DNA of 64,000 nucleotides from an uncultured Bacteroidales bacterium (lineage in GTDB: Bacteria; Bacteroidota; Bacteroidia; Bacteroidales; UBA932): contig CAMVPS010000003.1 of NCBI GenBank assembly GCA_947169405.1, forward strand, positions 23,064-87,063. Reading direction: 5' to 3'. The position numbers and the translations under genes are program-made. The first letter of the stretch is position 1. Each line of letters begins with the position of its first letter. Positions 1 to 10,055 of this stretch are shown here, one piece after another. The notes beneath the pieces are model-generated. The model saw only the letters and a list, made by a program, of their open reading frames with translations, was not told the origin of the DNA and did not search any database.

Positions 1-1733
1 ACGGCATCTATCCCGCGCCGATGATGGACCGCAACCTGGGCGCCCTCGTGGCCGCCCCGGCGGACGCCGCCGCGCCCGTCGAGTCCTTCGGCCTGACCTA
101 CCAGTGGGGCCGCAAGGACCCGTTCCCGGGCCCGAAGGCCGTCAAGAGCGGTGACAACGCCACCGTCGCCGGCGTCGCGGTGTCCACCAAGCCCGGCAAC
201 GGCACCACCGCCGAATCCTGCATGACCGTCGAGGAGACCATCGCCAACCCGACCGTCCTGGGCTTCACCCAGAACGGCGACTGGCTTCCGGCCGACCTCG
301 CGGACAACACCCTCTGGCAGAATGAGGTGAAGACGATGTACGACCCGTGCCCTCCGGGATACCGCGTCCCGGCGAGAGACACCGAGTCCGCCTTCCACAG
401 CTCCGACCTTTCCGCCGCGACCGGCTGGCAGGACAACGCCGCCAACAACTGGTTCGCCCTGGGCGACCCGCTGGCCGTCTTCCCGTACGCCGGCTACCGG
501 GACGACTATTCCCCGGGCGGCCTGACGCACGCCTATGACCGCGGCGCCTACTGGACCGCCTATGCTTCCCAGGCCGCGAAGGCCTACTACGTGAACGTCC
601 GCGCCGGTTCCGCCCACGCCCGCGCCGAGGCCGGCAAGTCCCGCGCCGGTTCCGTCCGATGCGTGTCCGCGGAAGAGACCCCCATCCTTCCTCCGGACGA
701 GCCCACCGAGCCGACGGGTTCCGCCGTCGACCTGAGCGAGACCGCCAGCGCCAACAGCTACATCGTGGACAAGGCCGGCGACTATAAGTTCAAGGCCGTC
801 AAGGGCAACAGCGAAGAAGCGGTCGCCCCCGCCACCGTCGAGGTGCTCTGGGAGACCGTGAACACCGCGACCGCCCCCGAGGCGGGCGCCGTGATCGCCA
901 AGGCCGGTTTTGCCGACGGTTACGTCACGTTCTCCACGCCGGCGACCCTCGTCCCCGGCAACGCCCTCATCGCGGCGAAGGATGCCGCCGGCACCGTCCT
1001 CTGGAGCTGGCACATCTGGATTCCCGCCACGCCCGTGGTGGCCAGCACGTTCGGCGGCGTGGTCGGCGTGCCGATGATGGACCGCAACCTGGGCGCCCTC
1101 GTGGCCGCCGCGCCGAACGCCAAGCCGGACGGCGCCTCCATCGGGATGCTGTACCAGTGGGGCCGCAAGGACCCGTTCCCGGGCGTCGCTTCCGTGGACG
1201 CTTCCGACCCGTTCGCCACGACCGGCAGCATCGTCCTCGACAGCGAGAAGCAGAACTTCAGCATCGAGGAGTCCGTCCAGAACCCGACCGTCTATGTGAA
1301 GACGGGCAGCGACAGCAACAAGACCTGGGTCGACGTCCCTACGACCGAGCTCTGGGGCAAGACCAAGACCGTGTACGACCCGTGCCCTCCGGGATACATC
1401 GTTTCCACGCGGGACAAGAGCTGGGCGTTCTGGGGCGGCATGTCCTCCGCGACCGGCTTCAAGGCCGACACGGAGAACAAGGTCATCGTCCTCGGCGTCG
1501 AACCCGACCCGGCCAACTCCGGGACGACGGGCTATATCGTGCTGCCGATGTGCGGTTACCTGGACCAGGGTTCCTATGCCAATGTGGGCAAGCGCGCCTA
1601 CATCTGGAGCTCCTACTCCTCCTCCAGCGAGGCGAACATCGCCTACCAGATCTACATCAACGGCGAGTCCGTGTCCACCACCGAGCAGCGTATGTCCCGC
1701 GGCGGCAACGTCCGTTGCGTCGTGGAACAGTAA
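1..1733 (+). CDS. 5'-truncated Bacteroidetes surface protein with two tandem MDRNLGA/YQWGRKDPF/DPCPPGY (CLec-like, fimbrial-tip type) domains
   Basis: Frame is open from the window edge. MDRNLGA, YQWGRKDPF, YDPCPPGY and terminal (S/N)VRCV each occur twice, also as nucleotide repeats (18-57 vs 1072-1110). Confidence 0.7.
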   Translation, partial: GIYPAPMMDRNLGALVAAPADAAAPVESFGLTYQWGRKDPFPGPKAVKSGDNATVAGVAVSTKPGNGTTAESCMTVEETIANPTVLGFTQNGDWLPADLADNTLWQNEVKTMYDPCPPGYRVPARDTESAFHSSDLSAATGWQDNAANNWFALGDPLAVFPYAGYRDDYSPGGLTHAYDRGAYWTAYASQAAKAYYVNVRAGSAHARAEAGKSRAGSVRCVSAEETPILPPDEPTEPTGSAVDLSETASANSYIVDKAGDYKFKAVKGNSEEAVAPATVEVLWETVNTATAPEAGAVIAKAGFADGYVTFSTPATLVPGNALIAAKDAAGTVLWSWHIWIPATPVVASTFGGVVGVPMMDRNLGALVAAAPNAKPDGASIGMLYQWGRKDPFPGVASVDASDPFATTGSIVLDSEKQNFSIEESVQNPTVYVKTGSDSNKTWVDVPTTELWGKTKTVYDPCPPGYIVSTRDKSWAFWGGMSSATGFKADTENKVIVLGVEPDPANSGTTGYIVLPMCGYLDQGSYANVGKRAYIWSSYSSSSEANIAYQIYINGESVSTTEQRMSRGGNVRCVVEQ

Positions 1734-1743
1734 TTCCCTGGCT

Positions 1744-3816
1744 ATGAGAAAGACATCTCGCATATTGTTCCTGTCCGTGCTCCTGGGCCTGCTTTCGGCC
1801 CAGGGGTGCTCGGACGACCGTATGGGGATGGCCGTACCGAATCCCGTCACGAAGCCCAATGCGGGCGAGATCCCTTCCGGGGATCCCTTCAACCCCGATG
1901 CGCCGCCCCCCGGGCCGGTCGATCCCACGGATCCGGCCGACGTGTGGGTGAACAATCCCGAGCGCCTCGCCCGCCTCGGCCAGACCCCGATCATCGAGAT
2001 CTACTACACCGAGTACACCCGGGCCGACCTGTTCCCGTCCATCGATGAGGTGCGCAACTTCACCCACATCAACGTGGGCCACGTGCGCTTCGTGGACAAG
2101 GACAACGGCGTGGGCATCGAGATCGACTCGAAGACCGTCCCGCTGGTGCAGAAGTTCGTCGCCTACAAGGCGCAGTACCCGGAGCTGAAGGTCAAGCTGC
2201 AGATGGGCGGCTGGGGCAAGAACGCCGACGGCTGGTCCCAGATGGCCCGCGACGAGCAGAAGCGCAAGGCCTTCGTGGACGAGTGCGTGAACATCTGCAA
2301 CACGTACGGCGTCGACGGATTCGACATCGACTGGGAATATCCCACCTATGCGGCCAAGGATGGCGACCACGTGAACGGCGCCAGCCCCGCGGACTGGGAG
2401 AACTTCGTCAAGCTCTTCAAGGAGATGCGGCAGGCGATGCCCGACAAGATCCTCTCCTATGCGGCGTCCGACAGCGGCAAGTACACCGACAACTACGGCG
2501 TGCTGCCGTACGTCGACTACATCAACGTGATGACCTACGACGAGGGCAACCCGCCGTACCACAATTCGCCGCTGTACCGGAGCTCCATCACGGGCTCCCG
2601 CTGCGCGGCGGAGGCCATCGACGACATCTTCCACGGGCAGCAGGGCATCCCGTACCAGATGATGAACTTCGGCCTGGCGTTCTACGGCCACGGCGACGGC
2701 TACAAGCTCAAGACGGGCAACCGCTATCCCTCGTCGGTGGACTACAGCAAACTGGACGACATCTTCTTCAAGGGCACCTGCGACGGCTATGACGTCAAGG
2801 GCGTGAACTACCGCATCTGGGACGACGTGGCCAAGGTCCCGTACCTGGCCGACGCCCTGGGCAAGATGTACGCGTCCTACGAGGACATCGAGTCCATCAA
2901 CGCGAAGGTCGAGTTCCTGAAGTCCCGCAATATGCTGGGCGCGATGATCTGGGAGTACCGCCACGACAACGACGAGGGTACCCTCCGGCACGCGGTCAAG
3001 CACGCGATGGACGGCAATCCCGACGCGCCCGGCAAGTACGAGCGTCCGGACGAGTACGAACCGCCGACCCCGGCGCAGGTGCCGGTGATGGGCAAGGTCG
3101 AATTCTCCAAGAAGCTGCAAAGCGGCAGCGCCATCGTGGAAGAGCTCTCCGGCCTGTGCCTGTCCAAGGACGGCGACTTCCTCTGGGGCGTGGGCGACAA
3201 CGGCGCGCTGTACAAGATAGGCTTCGACGGCACCTTCACCCAGCATTGGACCTACGACGCCGACATGGAAGGCCTGTGCATGGACCCGGCCACCGGGACG
3301 ATGTACATGGGCATCGAACCCAAGCGCGTGTACAAGCTCACGGAGCCGTACCAGTCGAAGACCACCCTGTGGGACGTCGACGAGGCGGCCGACATGGGCA
3401 ACTCCGGCATCGAGGGCATCGCCTGGCACAAGGGCAACCTGTACCTGGGCTCCCAGACCGGCGCCACCCTGTGGGAGTACACCCTGGACGGCACCAAGCT
3501 GTGGAAGAAGAGCCTCCGCACCGTGACTTCCACGATCTCCGAGATCGCAGGCCTGGACTACGACGAGAAGAACGACTGGCTGTGGGTCATCGACTCCAAC
3601 TCCAACAAGGACCGTCCCGAGTACCTGGGCTACACGATTTACCTGTTCGACGGCGCCGTCACCAAGCTCCTGGCGACCTACTATGTGGGCGATTTCGCCA
3701 ACTGGAACCCGGAGAGCATCTGCGTGGACCGCAAGAACGGCTGCATCTGGGTCGCCGACGACTGCGGCGACGCCACCCCGTCCATCCTCCACAAGATCTC
3801 CTTCTCGGGCCTCTGA
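1744..3816 (+). CDS. GH18 glycoside hydrolase lipoprotein with C-terminal SdiA-regulated-like beta-propeller
   Basis: Lipobox-like SAQGC after the ATG at 1744; catalytic DGFDIDWEYP (DxxDxDxE); GAMIWE; C-terminal ELSGL/EGI/ESI blade repeats. Confidence 0.85.
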   Translation: MRKTSRILFLSVLLGLLSAQGCSDDRMGMAVPNPVTKPNAGEIPSGDPFNPDAPPPGPVDPTDPADVWVNNPERLARLGQTPIIEIYYTEYTRADLFPSIDEVRNFTHINVGHVRFVDKDNGVGIEIDSKTVPLVQKFVAYKAQYPELKVKLQMGGWGKNADGWSQMARDEQKRKAFVDECVNICNTYGVDGFDIDWEYPTYAAKDGDHVNGASPADWENFVKLFKEMRQAMPDKILSYAASDSGKYTDNYGVLPYVDYINVMTYDEGNPPYHNSPLYRSSITGSRCAAEAIDDIFHGQQGIPYQMMNFGLAFYGHGDGYKLKTGNRYPSSVDYSKLDDIFFKGTCDGYDVKGVNYRIWDDVAKVPYLADALGKMYASYEDIESINAKVEFLKSRNMLGAMIWEYRHDNDEGTLRHAVKHAMDGNPDAPGKYERPDEYEPPTPAQVPVMGKVEFSKKLQSGSAIVEELSGLCLSKDGDFLWGVGDNGALYKIGFDGTFTQHWTYDADMEGLCMDPATGTMYMGIEPKRVYKLTEPYQSKTTLWDVDEAADMGNSGIEGIAWHKGNLYLGSQTGATLWEYTLDGTKLWKKSLRTVTSTISEIAGLDYDEKNDWLWVIDSNSNKDRPEYLGYTIYLFDGAVTKLLATYYVGDFANWNPESICVDRKNGCIWVADDCGDATPSILHKISFSGL

Positions 3817-3831
3817 TGACTCTTTGACGTG

Positions 3832-3873
3832 AGATATCCTCCCTGCAAGCCCTTGCGGGGAGGATTTCTTTTT
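3832..3873 (+). terminator. Intrinsic terminator after GH18
   Basis: atcctccctgcaa / ttgcggggaggat stem followed by a T-rich tract. Confidence 0.7.
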
Positions 3874-3903
3874 GTAACTTTACGCGGCTATTAACCAACC
3901 AAT

Positions 3904-6177
3904 ATGAAAAGAATCCTTCTCCTGGCGGCCCTTTCCCTTCTCGCCGCCTGCGGGCCCAAGGCCCCGAAAATGCCGGCCGACGCCATCGTCCTCCGCAGCC
4001 CGGACGGGCAGCTGGAGCTGAAGTTCGCCGTCGTGAACGGCGTCCCCGAATATACGCTGGACCGCGCCGGAAAGGCGGTCGTCCTGCCTTCCCGCCTGGG
4101 ATATACGCTCCTGGACCGGGAGAACCTGGACGGCGGTTTCACCCTCACCGACTCGGCCTTCAACTCCTTCGACGAGACCTGGGAGCCGGTCTGGGGCGAG
4201 GAAGCGTCCATCCGGAACCACTACAACGAGCTGCTCGTGACGCTGGAGCAGAAGCCCGAAGCGGCGCGCGAGGCGCAGCGGGGCGTGAGCGTCACGGACC
4301 CGGAATACACCGGCGACCTGGGCAACCCGTACGGCAAGGGCGCCGTGATGCAGGTGCGTTTCCGCCTGTATGACGACGGCCTGGGCTTCCGCTACGAGTT
4401 CCCGCTGGAGAACGCCTTGACCTACTTCAAGGTCAAGGAGGAGCTCACCGAGTTCGCGATGACGGGCGACCACACGGCCTGGTGGATTCCGGGCGACTAC
4501 TCCACGCAGGAGTTCGTGCCCACGGAGTCCAAGCTGTCGCAGGTGCGCGAGCTGCAGGACGTGCCGCGTCCCGCGGGCGGTTCCCCGCAGACGAAGTTCT
4601 CCCAGACCGGCGTGCAGACGGCCCTCCAGATGAAGACCGCCGACGGCCTGTACATCAACATCCACGAGGCCGAGGTGCTGGACTATCCCACCACGAACCT
4701 GGACCTGGACGACAAGAACTTCGTGTTCACGACGCACCTGACCCCGGACGCCGAGGGCGTCAAGGGACGGCTGCAGGCCCCGTGCAAGAGCCCGTGGCGC
4801 ACCGTGATGGTGTGCGAGAAGGCCACCGACGTGCTGGCTTCCCGCCTCATCCTGAACCTGAACGAGCCCTGCGCCATCGAGGACGTCTCCTGGATCCATC
4901 CGACCAAATACATGGGCGTGTGGTGGGAGATGATCACCGGCAAGAGCGAATGGTCCTACACGTATGACTATCCTTCCGTGCAGCTGGGCGTGACGGACTA
5001 CGCCGCCTCCAAGCCGCACGGCCGGCACGGCGCGAACAACGAGAACGTCCGCCGTTACATCGACTTCGCCGCCGAGAACGGCTTCGACGCCATCCTCGTG
5101 GAAGGCTGGAACGAAGGCTGGGAGGACTGGTACGGCCACCAGAAGGATTTCGTCTTCGACTTCATCACTCCGTATCCGGACTTCGACCTGCCGGCGCTGA
5201 ACGAGTATGCCCACAGCAAGGGCATCCGCATCATCATGCACCACGAAAGCTCCTCGTCCACCGTCAATTACGAGCGCTGGATGGAGCAGGCCTATGACCT
5301 GATGAACCAGTACGGCTACGACGCTGTGAAGAGCGGCTACGTGGGCAAGATCATCCCGTACGGTGAGTATCACTACAGCCAGGCGCTCATCAACCACTAC
5401 CACCACGCCATCGTGGAGGCCGCGAAGCACCACATCATGGTCAACGCCCACGAGGCCGTGCGCCCGACGGGCCTGTGCCGCACCTGGCCGAACATGATCG
5501 GCAACGAGAGCGCGATGGGCACCGAATTCCGCGGCACCATCAAGCCCGGCCACACCACCATCTTCCCGTTCACCCGCCTGCAGGGCGGCCCGATGGACTA
5601 CACCCCCGGCATCTTCGAGACGGACATGTCCAAGAACAACCCGAACGACAACCAGCACATGCACCACACCATCTGCAACCAGCTGGGCCTGTACGTGACG
5701 TTCTACTCGCCGCTGCAGATGGCGGCGGACCTGCCGGAGAACTACGCGAACTTCATGGACGCGTTCCAGTTCATCAAGGACGTGGCCGTGGATTGGGACA
5801 AGAGCGTGTACATCGACGCGGAACCTGGCGCGTACATCATCACCGCGCGCCATCCGAAGATGTCCTCGCTGAACGCCGGCCGCCTCGCCGGCAAGTCCGG
5901 CGCCTGGGAGTTCGCGAACCCCGATGGCAAGGAGCACGACGTGTGGTTCCTGGGCGGCGTGACGGACGAGAACGCCCGCACGTTCGACGTGAAGCTGGAC
6001 TTCCTCACCCCGGGCGTCCAGTACGAGGCCACGATCTATGCCGACGCCCCCGACGCCGACTACGAAACGAACCCGAAGGCGTATACGATCACGCGCCAGA
6101 CGGTGACCAGCGATACCTCGCTCAATCTCCGCATGGCGCGCGCCGGTGGATTTGCCGTGTCGTTACGGTCTAAATGA
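3904..6177 (+). CDS. susB: GH97 alpha-glucosidase (SusB-like) lipoprotein
   Basis: YMGVWWEM, LVEGWNEGW, MHHES, NAHEAVRPTG, GPMDYTPGIF and SPLQMAADLPENY motifs; LAAC lipobox. Confidence 0.9.
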   Translation: MKRILLLAALSLLAACGPKAPKMPADAIVLRSPDGQLELKFAVVNGVPEYTLDRAGKAVVLPSRLGYTLLDRENLDGGFTLTDSAFNSFDETWEPVWGEEASIRNHYNELLVTLEQKPEAAREAQRGVSVTDPEYTGDLGNPYGKGAVMQVRFRLYDDGLGFRYEFPLENALTYFKVKEELTEFAMTGDHTAWWIPGDYSTQEFVPTESKLSQVRELQDVPRPAGGSPQTKFSQTGVQTALQMKTADGLYINIHEAEVLDYPTTNLDLDDKNFVFTTHLTPDAEGVKGRLQAPCKSPWRTVMVCEKATDVLASRLILNLNEPCAIEDVSWIHPTKYMGVWWEMITGKSEWSYTYDYPSVQLGVTDYAASKPHGRHGANNENVRRYIDFAAENGFDAILVEGWNEGWEDWYGHQKDFVFDFITPYPDFDLPALNEYAHSKGIRIIMHHESSSSTVNYERWMEQAYDLMNQYGYDAVKSGYVGKIIPYGEYHYSQALINHYHHAIVEAAKHHIMVNAHEAVRPTGLCRTWPNMIGNESAMGTEFRGTIKPGHTTIFPFTRLQGGPMDYTPGIFETDMSKNNPNDNQHMHHTICNQLGLYVTFYSPLQMAADLPENYANFMDAFQFIKDVAVDWDKSVYIDAEPGAYIITARHPKMSSLNAGRLAGKSGAWEFANPDGKEHDVWFLGGVTDENARTFDVKLDFLTPGVQYEATIYADAPDADYETNPKAYTITRQTVTSDTSLNLRMARAGGFAVSLRSK

Positions 6178-7650
6178 CGGACGCGGGGCCTTCTTGGGCT
6201 CGCCGAGGAACGAGGCTTCGGCGTCGTTCTCGTCCAGGCAGAACACCATAAAGTCCTTTTGGGCGGCGGTGACGGGTTTCCAGTCGCCGCCGTCTTTGCC
6301 GTTGGGGTCGCTGTACTTGGCGAAGTTGGACCAGGCGGTGAGCATCTTCTCGGAGAGGTCCCAGTCGCCCTGGGTCCAGGGGCGCCAGCAGTTCTTCAGG
6401 GACTTGAACACGAACCAGAGGTCGGAGGAGTGGAACGCGCCCTGGAGGACGTTCGGACGGCCGTCCGTGGGCAGCGGGCGGGCGAACTGGTAGGCCCAGG
6501 CCTTGCCGCCTTGCTCCTCGCGGTTCAGGCAGAAGTCCGTGATGACCGGTTCCATGTTGCCAGCGTCGTTGAGGGTGTAGCCAATCATGTAGGGGACGTC
6601 GGCCAGGGAACCGTCGACACAGGCCTCATCGAAGCCTTCCGTGAGGACGTAGCCGTCGATGTACGGGGAGATGGGGGAGGCGGTGAGGACGCTGCGCTTG
6701 CCGGTGGCGCTGCTGTAGAGGGTGCCCATCGCGAAGATGGTTTCGGTCGAGGCGCGGCGGAGCTTCTGCAGGTCGGTGAGACCGGCCCAGTCGGCGACCT
6801 CCTTGGTGGAGGCCTCGGCGTCGGCGAGGGTGAGCTGCTGCTGCATCGGCATCGCGCGCATGCCCGGGAACATCGGCTCGACGGGCTTCCGCGGGTCCGT
6901 GAAGCCGCTGGCGCTCATGATGACGGCCTTGTTGAAGAGGCCCTTCGTGAGCGGGGAGGCAGACAGGAACTTCGTGCTGCGGCCGCCGGCGCTCTGGCCG
7001 AACAGCATCACGTTGTCCGGGTCGCCGCCGAACTGGGCGATGTTGGCCTTCACCCACTTCAGGGCCTGGATCTGGTCCAGCGTGCCCCAGTTGCCGGTCG
7101 GGTGCTCCGGGTTCTCGGCGGAGAGCTCGGGATGGGCGAAGAAGCCGAACGGGCCCACACGGTAGTTGAAGGAGACGAGGACGACGTCCTTCGCCGCCCA
7201 CTCCTGGCCGTCGAACTCCGGCTCGGAGCTCCAGCCTTCCCGCATGCCGCCGCCGAACACCCACACGGCCACCGGGAGCTTCTTCTCCGGCTGGCCGGGC
7301 GCCTTGGTCCATACGTTCAGATACAGGCAGTCCTCGCTGTAGGGCGCCTCCGCGCCGTAACCCCACTCCGTGGTGTAGCCGCCGGGGTAGTGCGCCGCCT
7401 GGAACGGCGGGTGGCCGAAGGTGTCGCACACTTTCACGCCTTCCCAGGGCACGACCGGCTGCGGCGCCTTCCATCGGTTCTCGCCGATGGGCGGCGCGGC
7501 GAACGGAATGCCGCGGAACACGGTGACGCCCGGGATGTCGGCCGCCACGCCTTGGACCTGCCCGCCCTCGATGGTGAGGATGGGGCTCTGGGCTTTCTGT
7601 GCGCACGCGGCCATCGCCAGGGCGCACGCGAGGATCAGAATTCGTTTCAT
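6163..7650 (-). CDS. Type-B carboxylesterase lipoprotein
   Basis: FRGIPFAAPP, SEDCLYLNVW, FGGDPDNV, GQSAG nucleophile elbow, GAFHSSDL. Confidence 0.9.
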   Translation of the reverse strand: MKRILILACALAMAACAQKAQSPILTIEGGQVQGVAADIPGVTVFRGIPFAAPPIGENRWKAPQPVVPWEGVKVCDTFGHPPFQAAHYPGGYTTEWGYGAEAPYSEDCLYLNVWTKAPGQPEKKLPVAVWVFGGGMREGWSSEPEFDGQEWAAKDVVLVSFNYRVGPFGFFAHPELSAENPEHPTGNWGTLDQIQALKWVKANIAQFGGDPDNVMLFGQSAGGRSTKFLSASPLTKGLFNKAVIMSASGFTDPRKPVEPMFPGMRAMPMQQQLTLADAEASTKEVADWAGLTDLQKLRRASTETIFAMGTLYSSATGKRSVLTASPISPYIDGYVLTEGFDEACVDGSLADVPYMIGYTLNDAGNMEPVITDFCLNREEQGGKAWAYQFARPLPTDGRPNVLQGAFHSSDLWFVFKSLKNCWRPWTQGDWDLSEKMLTAWSNFAKYSDPNGKDGGDWKPVTAAQKDFMVFCLDENDAEASFLGEPKKAPRPSFRP

Positions 7651-7731
7651 ATCATTTCGGGGTTATTGGCAAATTTACAAAAAACCCGGCAGACCCGCAC
7701 GCATCCGAGACGGATTCTTCCCGAAAAATCG

Positions 7732-7739
7732 TATCTTTG
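7732..7739 (+). promoter_or_regulatory. Bacteroidetes -7 promoter element (TATCTTTG)
   Basis: Matches the TAnnTTTG consensus 12 nt upstream of the ATG at 7751. Confidence 0.6.
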
Positions 7740-7750
7740 GGATTGGTAAA

Positions 7751-8641
7751 ATGAAACGAACGATGAAAAAGCTTCTGATTTCTCTGGCGGCCGTCGCATT
7801 GACGGTGGCGATGGCGGTTTCCTGCATCATCAGAATCGGCGGGAACGGCGTCGTGTGGGTGGGTGAGTGCACCGAGGAAGGGATCGACCATACCGAGGTC
7901 CGCGAGGTCGGGCATTTTCGGGCGGTCGCGTCCAGCCTCCCCGCCAATGTGTATTATGTCCAGGCCGACCAGCAGGAAGTCCGCGTGGAAACCACCGAGG
8001 AACTTGCGTCCAAGGTGCAGACGACCGTCGAGGACGGTATCCTGTCTCTCAAGCTCGAGCCCGGCCGGTATCCCAAGCTGATCCTCCGCGTGGTCGTGTC
8101 CTCTCCCGACATTGAAAAGCTCTCGGTCAGCGGCAGCGGCAACCTGATCCAGGAAGGGCCCTTGCACGCCTCGGGCTCCCTGGCCCTGAAGGTTTCGGGA
8201 AGCGGCGATATCCGGACCGGAGAGATCGACAGCCAGGATTTCACGGCCCAGTGCAGTGGCAGCGGGAGCATCCGCGTCGGCGCGCTGGCTTGTGACGACT
8301 TCGGCGGCAAGATCAGCGGGTCCGGGACCATCACCATGGGCCGTATCTCCTGCGATGACTTCGAAATGGGGGTCAGCGGGTCCGGCGACTTCCTGGTGGA
8401 CGTGCTCACCTCGACGGGCGGCGCATCGGTCCGGGTTTCCGGCAGTGGCAATGTCCGCCTGAAGGAGGCGACGGTCGACGGGAACATGGACCTGAAAACC
8501 GGCGGCTCCGGCGATATCTTCATCAAGGGCTCCTGCCGCAACGTGACCGCCACCACTTCCGGTTCCGGCAACATCTCCGGCGACCTCAAGTACAACCACA
8601 TCAGCGTCAAGTCTTCCGGTTCCGGCGACGTGAACCTGTAG
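7751..8641 (+). CDS. GIN/DUF2807 (putative autotransporter adhesin head) beta-helix lipoprotein
   Basis: AVSC lipobox and many SGSG repeats at about 19-aa spacing. Alternative start at 7763. Confidence 0.85.
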   Translation: MKRTMKKLLISLAAVALTVAMAVSCIIRIGGNGVVWVGECTEEGIDHTEVREVGHFRAVASSLPANVYYVQADQQEVRVETTEELASKVQTTVEDGILSLKLEPGRYPKLILRVVVSSPDIEKLSVSGSGNLIQEGPLHASGSLALKVSGSGDIRTGEIDSQDFTAQCSGSGSIRVGALACDDFGGKISGSGTITMGRISCDDFEMGVSGSGDFLVDVLTSTGGASVRVSGSGNVRLKEATVDGNMDLKTGGSGDIFIKGSCRNVTATTSGSGNISGDLKYNHISVKSSGSGDVNL

Positions 8642-8654
8642 GCTTTCTGTCCGC

Positions 8655-9704
8655 ATGAATCCCGTCTCCCAGCGCCTTCTGAGCCAGCAGCTCGCGGCCC
8701 CGCAGTTCAAGGATCCGGCGGAGGTCGTGTCCTGGTTCGGGGCCATGCAGGCCCAGGACTACAAGTCGATGCGCTGGGCCGTGTCGATGAGGACCAGCAG
8801 GCCTTCCGGCAAGGCCTTCGAGCGGGCCTACAACGACGGGCGGATCGTCCGGACCCACTTGCTACGCACCACCTGGCAGCTCCTCGCCGGCGAGGACCTG
8901 GGGTGGATGCTGCAGCTCTGCCGCCGAAAGGCGCTCTCCGGGCTCCGCGGCTGGATGCACGCCAACGGCGTGGACATCCCCGCGGAGGAGGAAAAGCGCA
9001 TCAGCGGCATCTTCGGCGAGGCGCTCGCGGGACGCGGCAGCGTCCAGAAGGAGTTCCTCGCGGAAGCCCTCCGTGAGCGCGACATCCAGATGACCGAGCA
9101 GCGGTTCTCCTACCATCTCCGCCTGGCGGAACTCTCGGGCCTGCTATGCTCTGGGGATCTGCATCCGACAAAGCGGACACTGGCCCTCGCGGCGGAAAAG
9201 GTCCGTAATTCGCTGGTTCTGAGCAACGAAGAGGCCCTCGCCCTCCTCACCCGCAAATACTTCCGCAGCCACAGCCCCGCCACGTTGGAGGACTACGTGT
9301 GGTGGTCGGGGCTGAATGTCAACGATTGCCGGCGCGGCATCGCCGCCCTCGGCGATGAGCTCCGCGCCGAGCGCTGGAAAGGCCGCGACTTCTACGTCCA
9401 CACGGACGCCCGCACCCGCGGCTTCCGCCGCGGCAGCGTCCTCCTCCTTCCGGCCTTCGACGAATACCTCATCGGCTACAAGAGCCGTGACATCGTCCTT
9501 CACCCCGATCACTCGCACCACGCCCACAACAACTCCGGCATCTTCTACCCCATCGTCGCCCTGGACGGCTACATCGTGGGCAACTGGTCCCCCTCCGCCC
9601 ACGACGGCAATCTTACCCTCTTCGACGACTCGACGACAGTCCCGACCGAACCTTTCCACGCTCAGCTCGCCACCTACCGCTCCACCCTCAAGCTCAAGCG
9701 ATAA
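8655..9704 (+). CDS. AlkZ-like winged-helix (HTH_42) DNA glycosylase
   Basis: AMQAQD (QxQ) motif, RTHLLRTTWQL, PATLEDYVWWSGL, LLPAFDEYLIGY. Confidence 0.85.
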   Translation: MNPVSQRLLSQQLAAPQFKDPAEVVSWFGAMQAQDYKSMRWAVSMRTSRPSGKAFERAYNDGRIVRTHLLRTTWQLLAGEDLGWMLQLCRRKALSGLRGWMHANGVDIPAEEEKRISGIFGEALAGRGSVQKEFLAEALRERDIQMTEQRFSYHLRLAELSGLLCSGDLHPTKRTLALAAEKVRNSLVLSNEEALALLTRKYFRSHSPATLEDYVWWSGLNVNDCRRGIAALGDELRAERWKGRDFYVHTDARTRGFRRGSVLLLPAFDEYLIGYKSRDIVLHPDHSHHAHNNSGIFYPIVALDGYIVGNWSPSAHDGNLTLFDDSTTVPTEPFHAQLATYRSTLKLKR

Positions 9705-9740
9705 GCTGCGCGGTTTTCGTTGCGTGTGGGGCTGGGCCGG

Positions 9741-9840
9741 AGCACGGCTGAGGGAACAGTTTGGCGGGTTATCGTGCCCCCGCACGTGCTCCAGCACGGC
9801 TGAGGGTACGTTTTGCCCCCAAAACGTGCCCTAACGAGGT
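9741..9840 (-). repeat. Doublet of the 50-bp AGCACG...CAGCCGTGCT hairpin repeat (second unit degenerate)
   Basis: Reverse complement matches the units at 53996-54097, 55159-55260 and 56232-56333. Confidence 0.85.
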
Positions 9841-9863
9841 TGGGACAAATCGTTCTCGATTCG

Positions 9864-10016
9864 TGTACACTGCGTCAGTGTACAACGGAACACACGCACA
9901 AGGTTACTTTTATGTACACTGCTCTCGGGGAAAGGGCAAAATGCAGGTTTGGCAGAAAGAGCGTACAGAATAACGTACATATATCGCATTCCATTTGTAC
10001 GCTGCTGCAGTGTACA
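9864..10016. repeat. Cluster of TGTACACTG-N3-CAGTGTACA palindromes
   Basis: tgtacactgcgtcagtgtaca (9864-9884), tgtacgctgctgcagtgtaca (9996-10016) and a half site near 9913. Confidence 0.65.
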
Positions 10017-10055
10017 ACGCAGACGAGTCAGAGAGGGCGCCGGGCGCCTGGGCGC

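Noticed and set aside
1-1733. Active diversity-generating retroelement
   Set aside because: No reverse transcriptase or adenine-variant template repeat was seen in the window. The internal repeats are domain duplications.
4250-4345. Extra loop in GH97 (AAREAQRGVSVTDPEYTGDLGNPYGKG) as another repeat-derived insertion
   Set aside because: It has normal codon usage and no match to any repeat family found here.
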